This document shows, in pieces, positions 35,616-49,663 of a stretch of 64,000 nucleotides of DNA. The notes beneath the pieces were generated by a model, which made no database searches, was not told the origin of the DNA, and worked only from the letters and a program-made list of their open reading frames with translations. This DNA comes from Minisyncoccota bacterium (GTDB lineage Bacteria > Patescibacteriota > Minisyncoccia > Phycocordibacterales > Phycocordibacteraceae), in NCBI GenBank assembly GCA_036399335.1, contig DASWNF010000014.1:3687-67686 (forward strand), read 5' to 3'. A program made the position numbers and the translations under genes. Position 1 is the stretch's first letter, and each line of letters opens with the position of its first letter.

Positions 35616-37040
35616 TCAAGTGAGGCGCGGGAAAAGGTTCTCGGGCTTCTTATTCTCGCGAATGGCGCCAAGGATGGCCTCGGACGTTGCCGGCATAGAG
35701 GGTGCCAGGTGTACGGCAATCTTCGCTAAGTGCCGTACAAGCTTCTCGATGTCGGCGAGCGCCTGGCCTTTAGTGGCTTCGACCTTAACCTTCTTATACG
35801 GCTCCTCGGCCGTCATGTACTCATCCCCTTTCGCGACGTGCTCATAGATGAGGTCCATGGCCTCGTTGAAGCGATATGCCAGCACCTTCTCGGTAAAGGC
35901 GGCTTCAATGCGCGTATCATCCTCGGTGAGCACGACGGGCGCCGGAAGGTGCTCCTCGGCGAGCTTCATGACGCGCGCGACGAGGTTCCCGATGCCGTTT
36001 ACCAGGTGCGCCGTATAGGCCTCCTTAATCCCCTCCTCGGTAAGGTCGGAGTCCTCGAACGGGCTCATGTGGCGAAGGAGTACGTACCGTACGGCGTCCA
36101 CGCCGTACGTACCGACGAGCGCCATCGGGTCGATGACGTTACCCAGCGACTTGCTCATCTTTTGGCCGCCGCTCGTGATGAACCCGTGTATGAAAATCTG
36201 CTTCGACGGCATCAGCCCGGCCGACATGAGCATGGCCTGCCACATGGCTGACTGCTGGCGGAGGTTATCCTTCCCGGCAAGCTGCATGCCCGGCCACCAT
36301 TTTGAGAATCCTCCCTCTTCCCGCGGCCAGTTGATGACGGAGATGTAGTTCACGAGGGCGTCGAACCATACGTACATGACGTGCTCGGGATCGCCCGGTA
36401 CGGCCACCCCCCACGGGAGCTTCTCCTTCCGGCGGCTCACGCTGAAGTCCTTGAGGCCCCGTTCAACGAAGGCACGGATCTCGTTCAGGCGCTCTGCGGG
36501 TACGACGAAATCCGGACGCGCGGCATAGAGCTTCAGGAGCGGTTCCTGGTACTTCGAGAAACGGAAATAGTAGTTCTCTTCTTCGATAAGCGCGATGGCG
36601 AGGTTCGGATGGAGCGGACACCGGCCGTCGACGAGCTCCGAATCGGTCTTCTCAAGCTCGCAGCCGACGCAGTACTTCACTTCGTAGGTCGCCTTGTAGA
36701 TGTCCCCGGCGGATTCGCACCGCTTCCAGAACGCTTGCGCAGCCTCCTTGTGCGCAGGACTCGTCGTGCGGATGAACGACGTGTACGAGATGCCGAGCGT
36801 ATCCGCAAACGTGCGGAAACGTGCGGCAAACTCGTCGACGTATGCCTGCGGCTCCTGGCCGCGCTCGAGCGCCTTCTCGTATATTTTCGTACCGTGTTCG
36901 TCGGTGCCGATATTGAAGAAGACTTCTTCGGACAAACGCAGCGTACGCGCGAGCATGTCAGCCTGCACGAACTCAAGCGCGTGGCCCAGGTGCGGGTCCG
37001 CGTTCACATACGGGAGCGTGGTGGTAAGGTATTTCGCCAT
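35616..37040 (-). CDS. metG: methionyl-tRNA synthetase (core, no C-terminal tRNA-binding domain)
   Basis: HLGHA (HIGH) and KMSKSLGN motifs. Start at MAKYLTTTLPYVNADPHLGHA. Confidence 0.93.
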   Translation of the reverse strand: MAKYLTTTLPYVNADPHLGHALEFVQADMLARTLRLSEEVFFNIGTDEHGTKIYEKALERGQEPQAYVDEFAARFRTFADTLGISYTSFIRTTSPAHKEAAQAFWKRCESAGDIYKATYEVKYCVGCELEKTDSELVDGRCPLHPNLAIALIEEENYYFRFSKYQEPLLKLYAARPDFVVPAERLNEIRAFVERGLKDFSVSRRKEKLPWGVAVPGDPEHVMYVWFDALVNYISVINWPREEGGFSKWWPGMQLAGKDNLRQQSAMWQAMLMSAGLMPSKQIFIHGFITSGGQKMSKSLGNVIDPMALVGTYGVDAVRYVLLRHMSPFEDSDLTEEGIKEAYTAHLVNGIGNLVARVMKLAEEHLPAPVVLTEDDTRIEAAFTEKVLAYRFNEAMDLIYEHVAKGDEYMTAEEPYKKVKVEATKGQALADIEKLVRHLAKIAVHLAPSMPATSEAILGAIRENKKPENLFPRLT

Positions 37041-37041
37041 A

Positions 37042-38100
37042 TCAGGCAATCTCGACCGCTTCCCGCTTCCCGCGGTCGTAGTCGTTCAAGAATTCGCGGA
37101 GCGCCGCGGCGACCGGGATGGCGATGAGGACGCCGAGGAAGCCTGCAAGCTCGTACCCGATGATAAGCGCGAGGATAACGAGCAAGGGCGGTATGCCCAC
37201 CACCTTATTCACCACGAGCGGGTGGATGAGGTGTGACTCGAACTGGTTGATGACGACATAGAGCGCGGCAACGAAGAGCATGAGCGTCGTGCCGCCTGCG
37301 GAGAAGGCGACCGTCATGGCAGGGACGGCAGAAAGGAAGGAACCGAAGATCGGCACGAGCATCATCGCTGCCGTGAAGACGGCGATGAGGAAGGCATACG
37401 GGACCTGGAGGATGAGGAGGCCGAGGTACGCGAGTACGCCGCCGATGACTGAAGAGAGCAGCTGGCCCTGCATCCACAGCCCTATCTTCACCTGCGCGCG
37501 GAGCCAAAGCCCGACGACATAGGCTTCGCGCTTGGCCGGCGTGATGAGCCGAAGGAAGTCCTCGACTCCCTTGTCCTGCACGGAGAAGTAGAAGGAGAGG
37601 ACGACGAGCAGGATGAACGAAATGAACCCGCCGAAGAAGGCGGCCATGAGCTTGAAGGCAGCCTCGCTCGACCCGGTGAAGGCCGACTGGAACGTGAATA
37701 GCGAGTTGAATATCGACTCGGCACCTGCGGTACCTTCGGCTGCCGACATGAATTGCGACAGGTCGCTGAAAGGCCCAGGGAGGTTCAGCGTACCCAGGTA
37801 CTGGGGTATGAGCGAAAGAATACCCTGCATGTCCGCGAGGATGGGTGGAAGGAAGAAATACACGATGCCGAACAGCGAGCCGAAGACGGCGAAGTACATG
37901 CCGAGCACGGCGAGGACGCGCGGAATGTGGTAGCGGGCGAAAAAGAGTACGCCCGGTTCGATAGCCGAAGCGATGACGATGGCGGTCACGACGAGGAGGA
38001 CGAGTTCGCGAAGGAGCCAGGCCGCATACGCGAGCCCGAAAATAATGATGGCGCGGATGAAGGTGCCTGAGTGGATGGAGATGACCTTACTTGGTTCCAT
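37042..38100 (-). CDS. AI-2E family transporter (UPF0118/PerM-like)
   Basis: 352 aa, 7-8 TM, typical AI-2E topology and length. Confidence 0.75.
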   Translation of the reverse strand: MEPSKVISIHSGTFIRAIIIFGLAYAAWLLRELVLLVVTAIVIASAIEPGVLFFARYHIPRVLAVLGMYFAVFGSLFGIVYFFLPPILADMQGILSLIPQYLGTLNLPGPFSDLSQFMSAAEGTAGAESIFNSLFTFQSAFTGSSEAAFKLMAAFFGGFISFILLVVLSFYFSVQDKGVEDFLRLITPAKREAYVVGLWLRAQVKIGLWMQGQLLSSVIGGVLAYLGLLILQVPYAFLIAVFTAAMMLVPIFGSFLSAVPAMTVAFSAGGTTLMLFVAALYVVINQFESHLIHPLVVNKVVGIPPLLVILALIIGYELAGFLGVLIAIPVAAALREFLNDYDRGKREAVEIA

Positions 38101-38133
38101 ACCGTCTAGCCTAGCACCGAGAACGAAAGACGG

Positions 38134-39489
38134 CTACGTAAGGGCCTGCCGGAGGCGCTCCACGACCTCTGCCACGGAAAGGCGCTCCTGTTCCCCGCTA
38201 TCGCGGTGACGGAGCGTAACCGTGTCCTTGAGTTCGGGAGTCTCGCCGAGCGTGTCGAAGTCGATGGTGATCGAAAACGGCGTACCGATCTCGTCCTGGC
38301 GGCGGTATCGCTTGCCGATGTTGCCGTTGTCGTCCCAGGCGATAGACGGGTGGACCTTACGGAGGAGGTCACGCACTTCGCGCGCCTTCTCGACGAGCTC
38401 GGGCTTGTTCTTGAGGAGCGGCGACACCATGGCTTTCACGGGTGCGACCTTGGGGTTAAGGCGTAGGTACGTGCGCGTCTCGCCGCCGAGCTCGTCTTCG
38501 GTATACGCGTCGGTAAGAACGGCGAGGAGCATGCGGCCGACGCCGACTGACGACTCGGTGACGTATGGCACGAAGCTCTCCTTCGCGCCTTCGTCGCGGT
38601 AGGAGAGGTCGACCCCCGAAGCGTTCATATGGCTCTTCAGGTCGAAGTCCGTGCGGTCGTGCGTGCCCCAGAGCTCCTTGAAGCCCTGCGGGAAGTTGAA
38701 GTAAATGTCGTGCGCTGCGGCGGCATAGTGCGCGCGCTCGTTCTCTTCGTGCTCGTGCCACTTGAGGTTCTCCTCCCTAATGCCGAGGTCTGCGGTAAGG
38801 AATGTCCACGCGAATGCGCGCCATGCCTCATAGGCTTCCTGCTGCATCGCTGGCGGGATGAAATACTGCATCTCCATCTGCTCAAGTTCGCGTACGCGGA
38901 AGATGAAGTCGCGCGGGGCGATTTCGTTGCGGAAGGCCTTCCCTATCTGGGCAATGCCGAACGGCAGCTTCGGATGGATGGAATCGATGACGTTCTTGAA
39001 ATTGATGAAGATCGAGCCGGCAGTTTCGGGGCGGAGGTAGGCGACCGACGAGTTGTCCTCGACCGGGCCGACCCACGTCTTCATCATCATGTTGTATTTC
39101 CGGGGCGCCGTGAGGGTCTTCTTCCCGCAGGTCGGGCACGCCGCTTCCTTGAGGAGTTCGGTGAGCTCATTGATATCCGTACTATCGGTGTCCGCGAGGT
39201 GGTCGGCACGGTGCCGCGCGCCGCAGTTCTTGCAATCGACGAGCGGATCGGTGAAGCCGGCGACGTGGCCGCTCGCCTCCCACAGCTTGGGGCTCTGGAT
39301 GATGGCACCGTCGATGCCGAAGACATCGTCGCGCTCCTGCACGACGCGCCGCCACCAGAGCGCCTTCAAGTTATTCACGAGCTCCACGCCCATGGGCCCG
39401 TAGTCCCAGAAGCCGGCGATGCCGCCATAGATCTCGCTCGCGGGGAATACGAAGCCGCGGCGCTTACAAAGCGAGACTATTTTTTCCAT
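38134..39489 (-). CDS. glyQS: glycyl-tRNA synthetase (alpha2 dimeric type)
   Basis: RRGFVFPASEIYGGIAGFWDYGPMGVEL N-terminus. Class II motifs and Cys cluster CKNCG...CPTCG insertion. Start at MEKIVSLCK. Confidence 0.9.
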   Translation of the reverse strand: MEKIVSLCKRRGFVFPASEIYGGIAGFWDYGPMGVELVNNLKALWWRRVVQERDDVFGIDGAIIQSPKLWEASGHVAGFTDPLVDCKNCGARHRADHLADTDSTDINELTELLKEAACPTCGKKTLTAPRKYNMMMKTWVGPVEDNSSVAYLRPETAGSIFINFKNVIDSIHPKLPFGIAQIGKAFRNEIAPRDFIFRVRELEQMEMQYFIPPAMQQEAYEAWRAFAWTFLTADLGIREENLKWHEHEENERAHYAAAAHDIYFNFPQGFKELWGTHDRTDFDLKSHMNASGVDLSYRDEGAKESFVPYVTESSVGVGRMLLAVLTDAYTEDELGGETRTYLRLNPKVAPVKAMVSPLLKNKPELVEKAREVRDLLRKVHPSIAWDDNGNIGKRYRRQDEIGTPFSITIDFDTLGETPELKDTVTLRHRDSGEQERLSVAEVVERLRQALT

Positions 39490-39509
39490 CGAGTGTTGCA
39501 TAGTGAAAA

Positions 39510-41408
39510 TTATTGCGTAACCACGCCCTGCCCCGGCTGGTAGCGAGGGTCGTCCCCGAACTGCGTCGTGATGCGCTCGTTCTTCAGGATGACCTGCGCT
39601 TTCGTAAACCGGTCGGTACCGGTAAAGGTCTGTTCGCCGACAAGTACAGGACTCGTACCGTTTTGTGAGGCACTTGGCAAGAGGGCGACCTGGAAGTACG
39701 CCTTCGACGACGCGCCTGGCGCGAGGTCGTTAATGCGCCAGGTGACGACGCGCGAGCGTTCGTCATAGGTGACGGTTCCCGCGGGGCTCACCGCGCCCGT
39801 GAAGCGCACGTACGACGGGAGCGTCATCGACGCCGACGCGCCACCGATGGAATTGACTGAGTTCACTGCCGACAGCTCGATGGTATACGTCGTTTCGACA
39901 TCGGGCTTCGGCGGTACGGGGCCCGTGTTCGCAAACGGCCCTACGCTCCTGAGCGCACGCACCTCGAAGGCTACGTCGGTGCCCACCTTCACGGTCTTCG
40001 TCAGGGTCGACGTGATGAGCTCGGGCACTTGGTTCTGCCCGATGCGGTTCCCGGCGATGGAAACGGTAAGGGTGACGGTCGGGTTCGGTACCCCCTTCAG
40101 CTGCGCCGCGCTCTTTGGCGTAAAGGAGAATGATCCCGCGCCGGTGTCTCCCGGCAGGAGCTGGGCCAGGGAGCGGTTCGTATCTTTCGAGAAAAGTATC
40201 GTGCCGTCACCCGAGCGATAGAAGCCGCTCTGGGTGTATACGCTTGTTGGGTCGAAGGCGTTGCCCGAAAGCTTCACGGACACCTGTGCATCGCTCACGG
40301 GCGCGCTCAAGTTATTTTCCCAGGTTATGGTCCCGCTCACGCTTTCGCCGGCCGATACACGCACCGTGTCGCCTGTCTCACGGTTAAGCGTAAGGGTCGT
40401 CGCGAGGAAGGGCCGCGCGACGCGGACGGACGCAACCGTACTCGCATACGGCAGCGAGATGCCGGTCGTACCGGACGCCGCCTGGGTGCCGGCCGTGATG
40501 CGGAAGACGCGTTCGTCCAAGTCCTGGCCCGTCAGTACGCCGGTTATGGAAATTGCACGCTGCTGCCCGGGCAGGAGGGTGCCGAGCGTAAACAGGCTGC
40601 CGCTTATCGGCGGGTTCGTACTCGTCGCCCGGAAGCCGGGGGGATACACGACTTCGACGGCTACGTTATCAAGCTTGGTCGCCGCGTTGCTGCGTACCGT
40701 GAGCCCGACCGTGAACGGCTGCCCGGACGCGGCCTCTTGCGGGGCGGCGGCAGTAAGCGCGAGCGGCGACGTAGTCACCGTCACGACGTATTCCCCTTCC
40801 GTCACGAAGAGGGCATTCGATCCTTCCGCCCGGTACTCGACGCGGACAGGGATCGTAAGCTTTTGGTTTTGTGCACCGAACAACACCGCGCTTACCGTGC
40901 GCGATGCCTCTTCGCCGGGCGCGAGATCCCCTACCGTGTCGGTGTAATGGTCGAACGGCTGCGTCTTATCGGCGGCCTGCCGCGTACCTTCGGGCAAGTC
41001 GACGATGAGGTTCGTGTTCGTGATAGTCGCAGGGTTTTCGTTCTTCACCGTCACGACGATGGCTACGGTGTCGCCGCTACCGATTGATACCGGGCCCTGG
41101 GTTCGGATGATGACGTTCTCGCTCGAGATTGCACGGGAGCCGCCGAAGAACAGGTATGCGGCGGCGGCACCTGCAACGATGAAAAAGGCTACGGCAAGTA
41201 CAAGGAAGCGGCTCGTCCACGGCATGGCGGCCCATCCATGCGGGGGCTTCGCAGGAGGCGGTGCCGGAGGGGGCGTCCATGTCGTCGGTGGCAGTGCCGC
41301 CTCACGATGGACCACGGGTGGCGCCATAGGGGCGAGGGGCTCCGGCGCGTATAAACGGTTGCGGAGCGATTCAAGAGGACTTTCCGGCTCTTCGGGCATT
41401 GGTACCAA
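39510..41408 (-). CDS. hypothetical membrane-anchored surface protein with repeated beta (DUF11/CARDB-like) domains
   Basis: Pro-rich cytoplasmic N-terminus, one TM (FLVLAVAFFIVAGAAAAYLFF), then ~530 aa Thr/Val/Ser-rich beta repeats. Confidence 0.65.
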   Translation of the reverse strand: MVPMPEEPESPLESLRNRLYAPEPLAPMAPPVVHREAALPPTTWTPPPAPPPAKPPHGWAAMPWTSRFLVLAVAFFIVAGAAAAYLFFGGSRAISSENVIIRTQGPVSIGSGDTVAIVVTVKNENPATITNTNLIVDLPEGTRQAADKTQPFDHYTDTVGDLAPGEEASRTVSAVLFGAQNQKLTIPVRVEYRAEGSNALFVTEGEYVVTVTTSPLALTAAAPQEAASGQPFTVGLTVRSNAATKLDNVAVEVVYPPGFRATSTNPPISGSLFTLGTLLPGQQRAISITGVLTGQDLDERVFRITAGTQAASGTTGISLPYASTVASVRVARPFLATTLTLNRETGDTVRVSAGESVSGTITWENNLSAPVSDAQVSVKLSGNAFDPTSVYTQSGFYRSGDGTILFSKDTNRSLAQLLPGDTGAGSFSFTPKSAAQLKGVPNPTVTLTVSIAGNRIGQNQVPELITSTLTKTVKVGTDVAFEVRALRSVGPFANTGPVPPKPDVETTYTIELSAVNSVNSIGGASASMTLPSYVRFTGAVSPAGTVTYDERSRVVTWRINDLAPGASSKAYFQVALLPSASQNGTSPVLVGEQTFTGTDRFTKAQVILKNERITTQFGDDPRYQPGQGVVTQ

Positions 41409-41471
41409 GTATAGCGTACCTGTCTTGTGCCCCGCATCCTTTCCCTTCCCTTCGAGGTTCTACTAACCAGT

Positions 41472-43277
41472 ATGTGTGGAATCATCGGCTACATCGGCAA
41501 GAAAAATGCCGTACCCATAATTATCGCGGGTCTCAAATCGCTTGAGTACCGCGGGTACGACTCGGCGGGGCTTTATACGGCCCCGGGCGGCGCCGTAAAG
41601 GCCAAGGGCCGCGTCCGATCCCTTGAGGAAAAGATCCCTCCGGGACTAAGCGCCCACGCAGGCATCGGGCATACGCGGTGGGCCACGCACGGCCCACCCA
41701 CCGAAGAAAACGCACACCCCCATGCTGACGCGACCGGTACGATATGGGTGGTGCACAACGGCATCATCGAGAATTTCAGGGAATTGCGTACCGAACTCGA
41801 GGCCGAGGGAGTTGCGTTTCGTTCCGAGACGGACACCGAGGCACTCGCGCAGCTCATCGGGAAGTACTACGCGGAGTCTCGCGTACTTGAAACTGCCGTA
41901 GCCAGCGCGCTTTCAAAAGTCCGGGGTGCATACGGCATTGCCGTCATGAGTACGGAAGAGCCGGATAAGATCGTTGCCGCCCGTCTCGGGAGCCCGCTGC
42001 TCATCGGCATCACGGAGGAGGGGTATGCGCTCGCTTCAGACCCAGCACCGCTTCTCCCCCAGACGCGCGACGTCGTGTATCTCGACGACGGCGAGATGGC
42101 CGTGCTTACCCGCGACCGCTTCGAGATAACGGGTGTGAACGGCCTTCCGGTCCAGAAAACACCGGAGACCATCGACTGGGATGTCGAGGCCGCGCAAAAG
42201 AAGGGGTTTGAGCACTTCATGTTGAAAGAGATGCTCGAGATCCCGGACGTATTGGAAAACGCCCTGCGCGGGCGTATCGATGACTCGTCGCAAGTACACC
42301 TCGGCGGGCTTATCGACGTGACCGACCGCTTGGCGAGCGTAAAGCGTGTCATCATGACGGGCTGCGGCAGCGCCTACTACGCGGGGCTGGTCGGCGAACT
42401 CCTCATCGAGGAACTCGCCGGAATCCCGGTCGAGGTAGAGGTTGCCTCGGAATTCCGGTACCGCAGGTTCGTAGCAGATCCCGAGACGACCGTGCTCATT
42501 GCGGTCTCCCAATCGGGCGAGACTGCGGATACGCTCGAGGCCGTCCGTCTCGCCCGAAACCACGGCATGCTTACGCTCGGCATCGTGAACGCCGTCGGCT
42601 CATCCATTGCCCGCGAGACGGACGGCGGGGTATACAACCACGCGGGCCCGGAGATAGGCGTCGCCTCTACGAAGGCATTCCTGTCGCAGCTGGCCGTATG
42701 CGCGCTCGTGGCCCTTTTCTTGAAACAGGTGCGGGGCGGCGGCGTCTCTCCCGACGTAGTACGCGACTTGCGGTCACTACCGCGCCTCGCGCAGGAGGTA
42801 CTCGACGCACGGACGCATATCGAAGCCATTGCAAAAAAGTATGCGGGCGCCAAGGATGCCCTGTTCATCGGGAGAAAGTTCCAATTCCCGATTGCCTACG
42901 AAGGCGCGCTCAAGCTTAAGGAGGTCTCGTACATACATGCGGAAGCGTATGGCGCGGGCGAGATGAAGCACGGGCCGCTCGCCTTAATCGAAGAGGGTTT
43001 CCCCACCATCGCGCTCGTACCCCGTGATTCAGTGTACGAGAAGACGCTGTCAAATATCGAGGAAATACGTGCGCGCGGCGGCAAGATCATCGCTGTCTCT
43101 ACGGAGCGGGAACTTGCCGCAGCTGACGATTTGATTACGGTTCCGCTCGTACACGAAGCCTTGCTCCCGCTACTGACAGCCATCCCGCTCCAGCTGCTTG
43201 CCTACTACGCCGCGCGCGAACGCGGACTTCCCATAGACATGCCGCGCAACCTGGCGAAGTCGGTAACGGTCGAGTAA
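41472..43277 (+). CDS. glmS: glutamine--fructose-6-phosphate aminotransferase
   Basis: MCGIIGYIG N-terminal nucleophile, two SIS domains, C-terminal ...KSVTVE. Start moved to MCGIIG (41472). Confidence 0.95.
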   Translation: MCGIIGYIGKKNAVPIIIAGLKSLEYRGYDSAGLYTAPGGAVKAKGRVRSLEEKIPPGLSAHAGIGHTRWATHGPPTEENAHPHADATGTIWVVHNGIIENFRELRTELEAEGVAFRSETDTEALAQLIGKYYAESRVLETAVASALSKVRGAYGIAVMSTEEPDKIVAARLGSPLLIGITEEGYALASDPAPLLPQTRDVVYLDDGEMAVLTRDRFEITGVNGLPVQKTPETIDWDVEAAQKKGFEHFMLKEMLEIPDVLENALRGRIDDSSQVHLGGLIDVTDRLASVKRVIMTGCGSAYYAGLVGELLIEELAGIPVEVEVASEFRYRRFVADPETTVLIAVSQSGETADTLEAVRLARNHGMLTLGIVNAVGSSIARETDGGVYNHAGPEIGVASTKAFLSQLAVCALVALFLKQVRGGGVSPDVVRDLRSLPRLAQEVLDARTHIEAIAKKYAGAKDALFIGRKFQFPIAYEGALKLKEVSYIHAEAYGAGEMKHGPLALIEEGFPTIALVPRDSVYEKTLSNIEEIRARGGKIIAVSTERELAAADDLITVPLVHEALLPLLTAIPLQLLAYYAARERGLPIDMPRNLAKSVTVE

Positions 43278-43279
43278 GA

Positions 43280-43835
43280 CTAGAGGCCCGACGCCCCTAT
43301 CCCGTTATTGATGCGGGCGATGTACGCCTTGCGCTCGTCCCGAATGGCGTGAAGTGCTTCGGGCTCGTAGTTGCCGAACCCGCCCGGGAGTTCCCCGGCA
43401 TCGTGCCCGAGGATATGCAGGATGCGAAGCGCGGCGAGGAACTCGGCGTATTCGGCGTCGTCTTCCGAAAGCGTCGGGAGTACGCGCACAAAGGAAAGCA
43501 CCGTCTCATAGAGGCGATGCTCCGGTTCTTCACCCTGGGCGAGCCGCCGCATGAGTTCGGCGATGCGCGCAGCACGGGTACGCTGTTGAAACGTGAGCGT
43601 AGCTGCCCAGTTGCAAGTAGGGAGCGCGCCCGTAAGGCGCCACCCGTCCTTGGCACGGATGATGGTCACGTCGCTCTCGGTAAATGTCTGGAGGCCGATA
43701 GCCATCTTCGAGCCCGGCTTACGGAGCCCCGTCGCGCGCGCGCGGACGATGCCGAAATCGACGGTGGCGAGTATGACGTTCGAATCGTGCTCGCGCACGG
43801 GGTACCGGGCGAGCACGAAGGCCGGCGTCTGGTAC

Positions 43836-43846
<11 letters not shown>
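43280..43846 (-). CDS. recO: DNA repair protein RecO
   Basis: PAFVLARYPVREHDSNVILATVDFGIVRARATGLRKPGSKM OB-fold N-terminus. Start at MQHKYQT. Overlaps the ileS stop by ~10 nt. Confidence 0.8.
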
Positions 43847-47303
<3,457 letters not shown>

Positions 47304-47439
47304 ATCCTACCCATCCTAGCGTTCCGCGTATAAAAAGGAAATGGCCGCCCGGTTTCGGGCGGCCTGGCAGTAGCGTGAATGAAAAGAGAATAGCCGGCGC
47401 ACAGGGCGCGCCGGCTATATTCGCTACGTAACCAGGGTG

Positions 47440-47835
47440 TTACATAGCGGCGGGTTGGGCGGCAACGACTTGCTGCTGCTGCTTGCGGCGGCGGTCGGTG
47501 CGGCACAGCTTGTCGGTCTTCTTCTCCGGCGGCTGGATGAGCCAGATCGCCCCTTCGGAGGGAACGATCCCGTTCTGGAACGCGCAGTAGGCGCGCAGGA
47601 ACTTCGGAATGACCGGCGTGCCCGTCTGGGTCCGGAGGAACTGCTCGGTGTAATGGAGCGCGTCCTTGTCCGTATTGCGGTTCAGGGTCGCCCTGACCCC
47701 GTACGTTTCGTCCGCCCACTTGAGGGCGGCGGCCATGACGAGGATGACCTCCTTCTGGGTCGCCTGGCCGGTCGCAAGCTGCGGCGGAAGCTGGTTGACC
47801 CATGCGCCGTTATTCGAAGACTTTATCGAAAGCAT
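47440..47835 (-). CDS. hypothetical protein (131 aa, Gln-rich C-terminus)
   Basis: Coherent ORF. No family recognised. Confidence 0.5.
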   Translation of the reverse strand: MLSIKSSNNGAWVNQLPPQLATGQATQKEVILVMAAALKWADETYGVRATLNRNTDKDALHYTEQFLRTQTGTPVIPKFLRAYCAFQNGIVPSEGAIWLIQPPEKKTDKLCRTDRRRKQQQQVVAAQPAAM

Positions 47836-47933
47836 TCATTCCCTCCCTTTTCGGGTTATCGACTGCCAAATGCCAAACAGAACAGTCTGCGGGCAACCAT
47901 ACCGCAGAGGGCCGCATGAAGCAACCGCGCTAT

Positions 47934-49613
47934 CTACATCCGCTCGGGCGCGGGTATGCCAAGGAGGGCGAGGCCGTTTTGCATCGTCGTCACGAAGGCG
48001 CGTGCGAGCGCGAGCTTGTACGCCTCATGCTCGCCGCCGAGAATGCGTTCTTGCGCGTAGAAGGAGTTCCACTCGCCCGCGAGCTGGGTGAGGTACTGGG
48101 CGATGACATGCGGGGCTTCGAGCGCCTGCGCCTTGAGTACCACGTCCGGGAAGCGCGTAATAAGGCGCGCGATGTCATACACCTCATCGGGCGCTTCGGG
48201 CGCGGTGCCAAGCGCGTCCGCACTTGCGATGATGGACACTGCGCGGACCGTCGCGTACTGGAGGTACGGCCCCGAGTCGCCCTCAAGCGAGAGCGACTTC
48301 TCAGGATCAAAAATGATGTTCCCGCCGGGAGCGCTCCGCAGGATCATGTACTTGAGCGCGCCGATGGCGACTTGCTCGGCGACGACAGGGTCTTCGTTCC
48401 GCTCCCCTGCGCGCTCCATAACATCTTCGATGAGCTGCTTCGCTGTAATGACGTTGCCTTCCCGGGAAGACATCTTCCCCGTCGCGAGCTGCAAGAGGCC
48501 GTGCGGGATGTGCTTGGTCTTCTGCGCAACGAGAGGCGCAATGTCTTCGAGTGCCGCGAGGAACACCTTGAAGTGCCCGATCTGCTCGGCACCCGTAAGG
48601 ATATAGGAGCGGTCGTTCGGCATCTTCTCTTCCTTCAGGAAGGCAAGGCCGACGTCCTTCGTCTCGTACGTAGGCGTACCGCGCGACGTGATGAAGACAA
48701 GCGTATGGAGGCCTTTTTTCTCGCCGCGATAAATGACGGCGCCCTCGCTTTCTTCGAAAATACCCTGCGCAAGGCCGTCGCGCACAACGGTAAGGCCGAT
48801 AGGCGTCGTCTCGCTCTCGAAGATGAAATAATCGAAGGACGTGTCGAGCACCTTATAGATGTCGCGGAAGCCGGCGAGCGCTGCGTCGCGGCCTTTCCGC
48901 CAAAGGTCGAAGAGTTCGCGCTGGGCTTCCGTGTGCGCGGCTTGTTCTGCGGCGAGTACGGTGTAGAGCTCGACATTAAGCGCGTCGATTTCTTTTTTTA
49001 CCTCCTCGCTTTCCTCGTACGCGCGCGAGCCGTGGGTGTAGGCGTCCCCCACTTCGCGGACCGTCGCCGGTTCCGTAACGCCCTTCTTCCTGAGCGCCCA
49101 CAGGGTCTTGGCTACATGCGGGCCCACGTCTCCGCCGTACGAATCCTTCAGCACCGTCGCGCCCGAGGCGGCAAAGATGCGCGCGACGGACTCCCCGATC
49201 ACCGTGCTCATGAGGTGCCCGATGTGCATCTCCTTAAACGGGTTCGGGCACGAGTATTCGACGAGCACCCGCTCGCCCCGGTGCAGGGTGCTCATACCCC
49301 ACGCCTTGCCGGCGGCGATGGCTCCCTCAAGTTCGCGGGATACGGCCGCTGCCGAGAGCGTTATGTTTACGAAACCCGGACCGGCGACGACAACGCGTGC
49401 CGCGTCCGCACCAAGAGCCTCCTTGAGTGCCGGCACTAATGCCTCAGCTATCTCGCGCGGCGCCTTCCCCAGGGATTTTGCTGCGGCCATTGCCGCGTTT
49501 GTCGCAAAGTCGCCGTGGGCGAGTTCTGCCGGCCACTCGACGGCAAAGTCGACGTCACCCGCACCAAGGCGGGCGAGTTCTGCTCCCACAATGCTCCGTA
49601 TCCGCTCGTACAT
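47934..49613 (-). CDS. argS: arginyl-tRNA synthetase
   Basis: N-terminal Arg_tRNA_synt_N. Class I core with CPNPFKEMHIGHLMSTVIG (HIGH), DALRY-type C-terminal anticodon-binding domain. Confidence 0.93.
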   Translation of the reverse strand: MYERIRSIVGAELARLGAGDVDFAVEWPAELAHGDFATNAAMAAAKSLGKAPREIAEALVPALKEALGADAARVVVAGPGFVNITLSAAAVSRELEGAIAAGKAWGMSTLHRGERVLVEYSCPNPFKEMHIGHLMSTVIGESVARIFAASGATVLKDSYGGDVGPHVAKTLWALRKKGVTEPATVREVGDAYTHGSRAYEESEEVKKEIDALNVELYTVLAAEQAAHTEAQRELFDLWRKGRDAALAGFRDIYKVLDTSFDYFIFESETTPIGLTVVRDGLAQGIFEESEGAVIYRGEKKGLHTLVFITSRGTPTYETKDVGLAFLKEEKMPNDRSYILTGAEQIGHFKVFLAALEDIAPLVAQKTKHIPHGLLQLATGKMSSREGNVITAKQLIEDVMERAGERNEDPVVAEQVAIGALKYMILRSAPGGNIIFDPEKSLSLEGDSGPYLQYATVRAVSIIASADALGTAPEAPDEVYDIARLITRFPDVVLKAQALEAPHVIAQYLTQLAGEWNSFYAQERILGGEHEAYKLALARAFVTTMQNGLALLGIPAPERM

Positions 49614-49663
49614 GTGGATGAGTGTACCAGAAATGTTTGTACGGATGAGTCCCGGATGCTAGG

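Noticed and set aside
41409-41471. glmS ribozyme upstream of glmS
   Set aside because: Only ~60 nt separate the upstream gene from the glmS start, too short for the ~170-nt ribozyme. No conserved core sequence is seen.
47304-47439. T-box riboswitch in the ileS 5' region
   Set aside because: The region is only ~135 nt and holds two simple hairpins. It has no T-box sequence (AATTAGGGTGGTACCGCG-like) and is too short for a specifier-antiterminator architecture.
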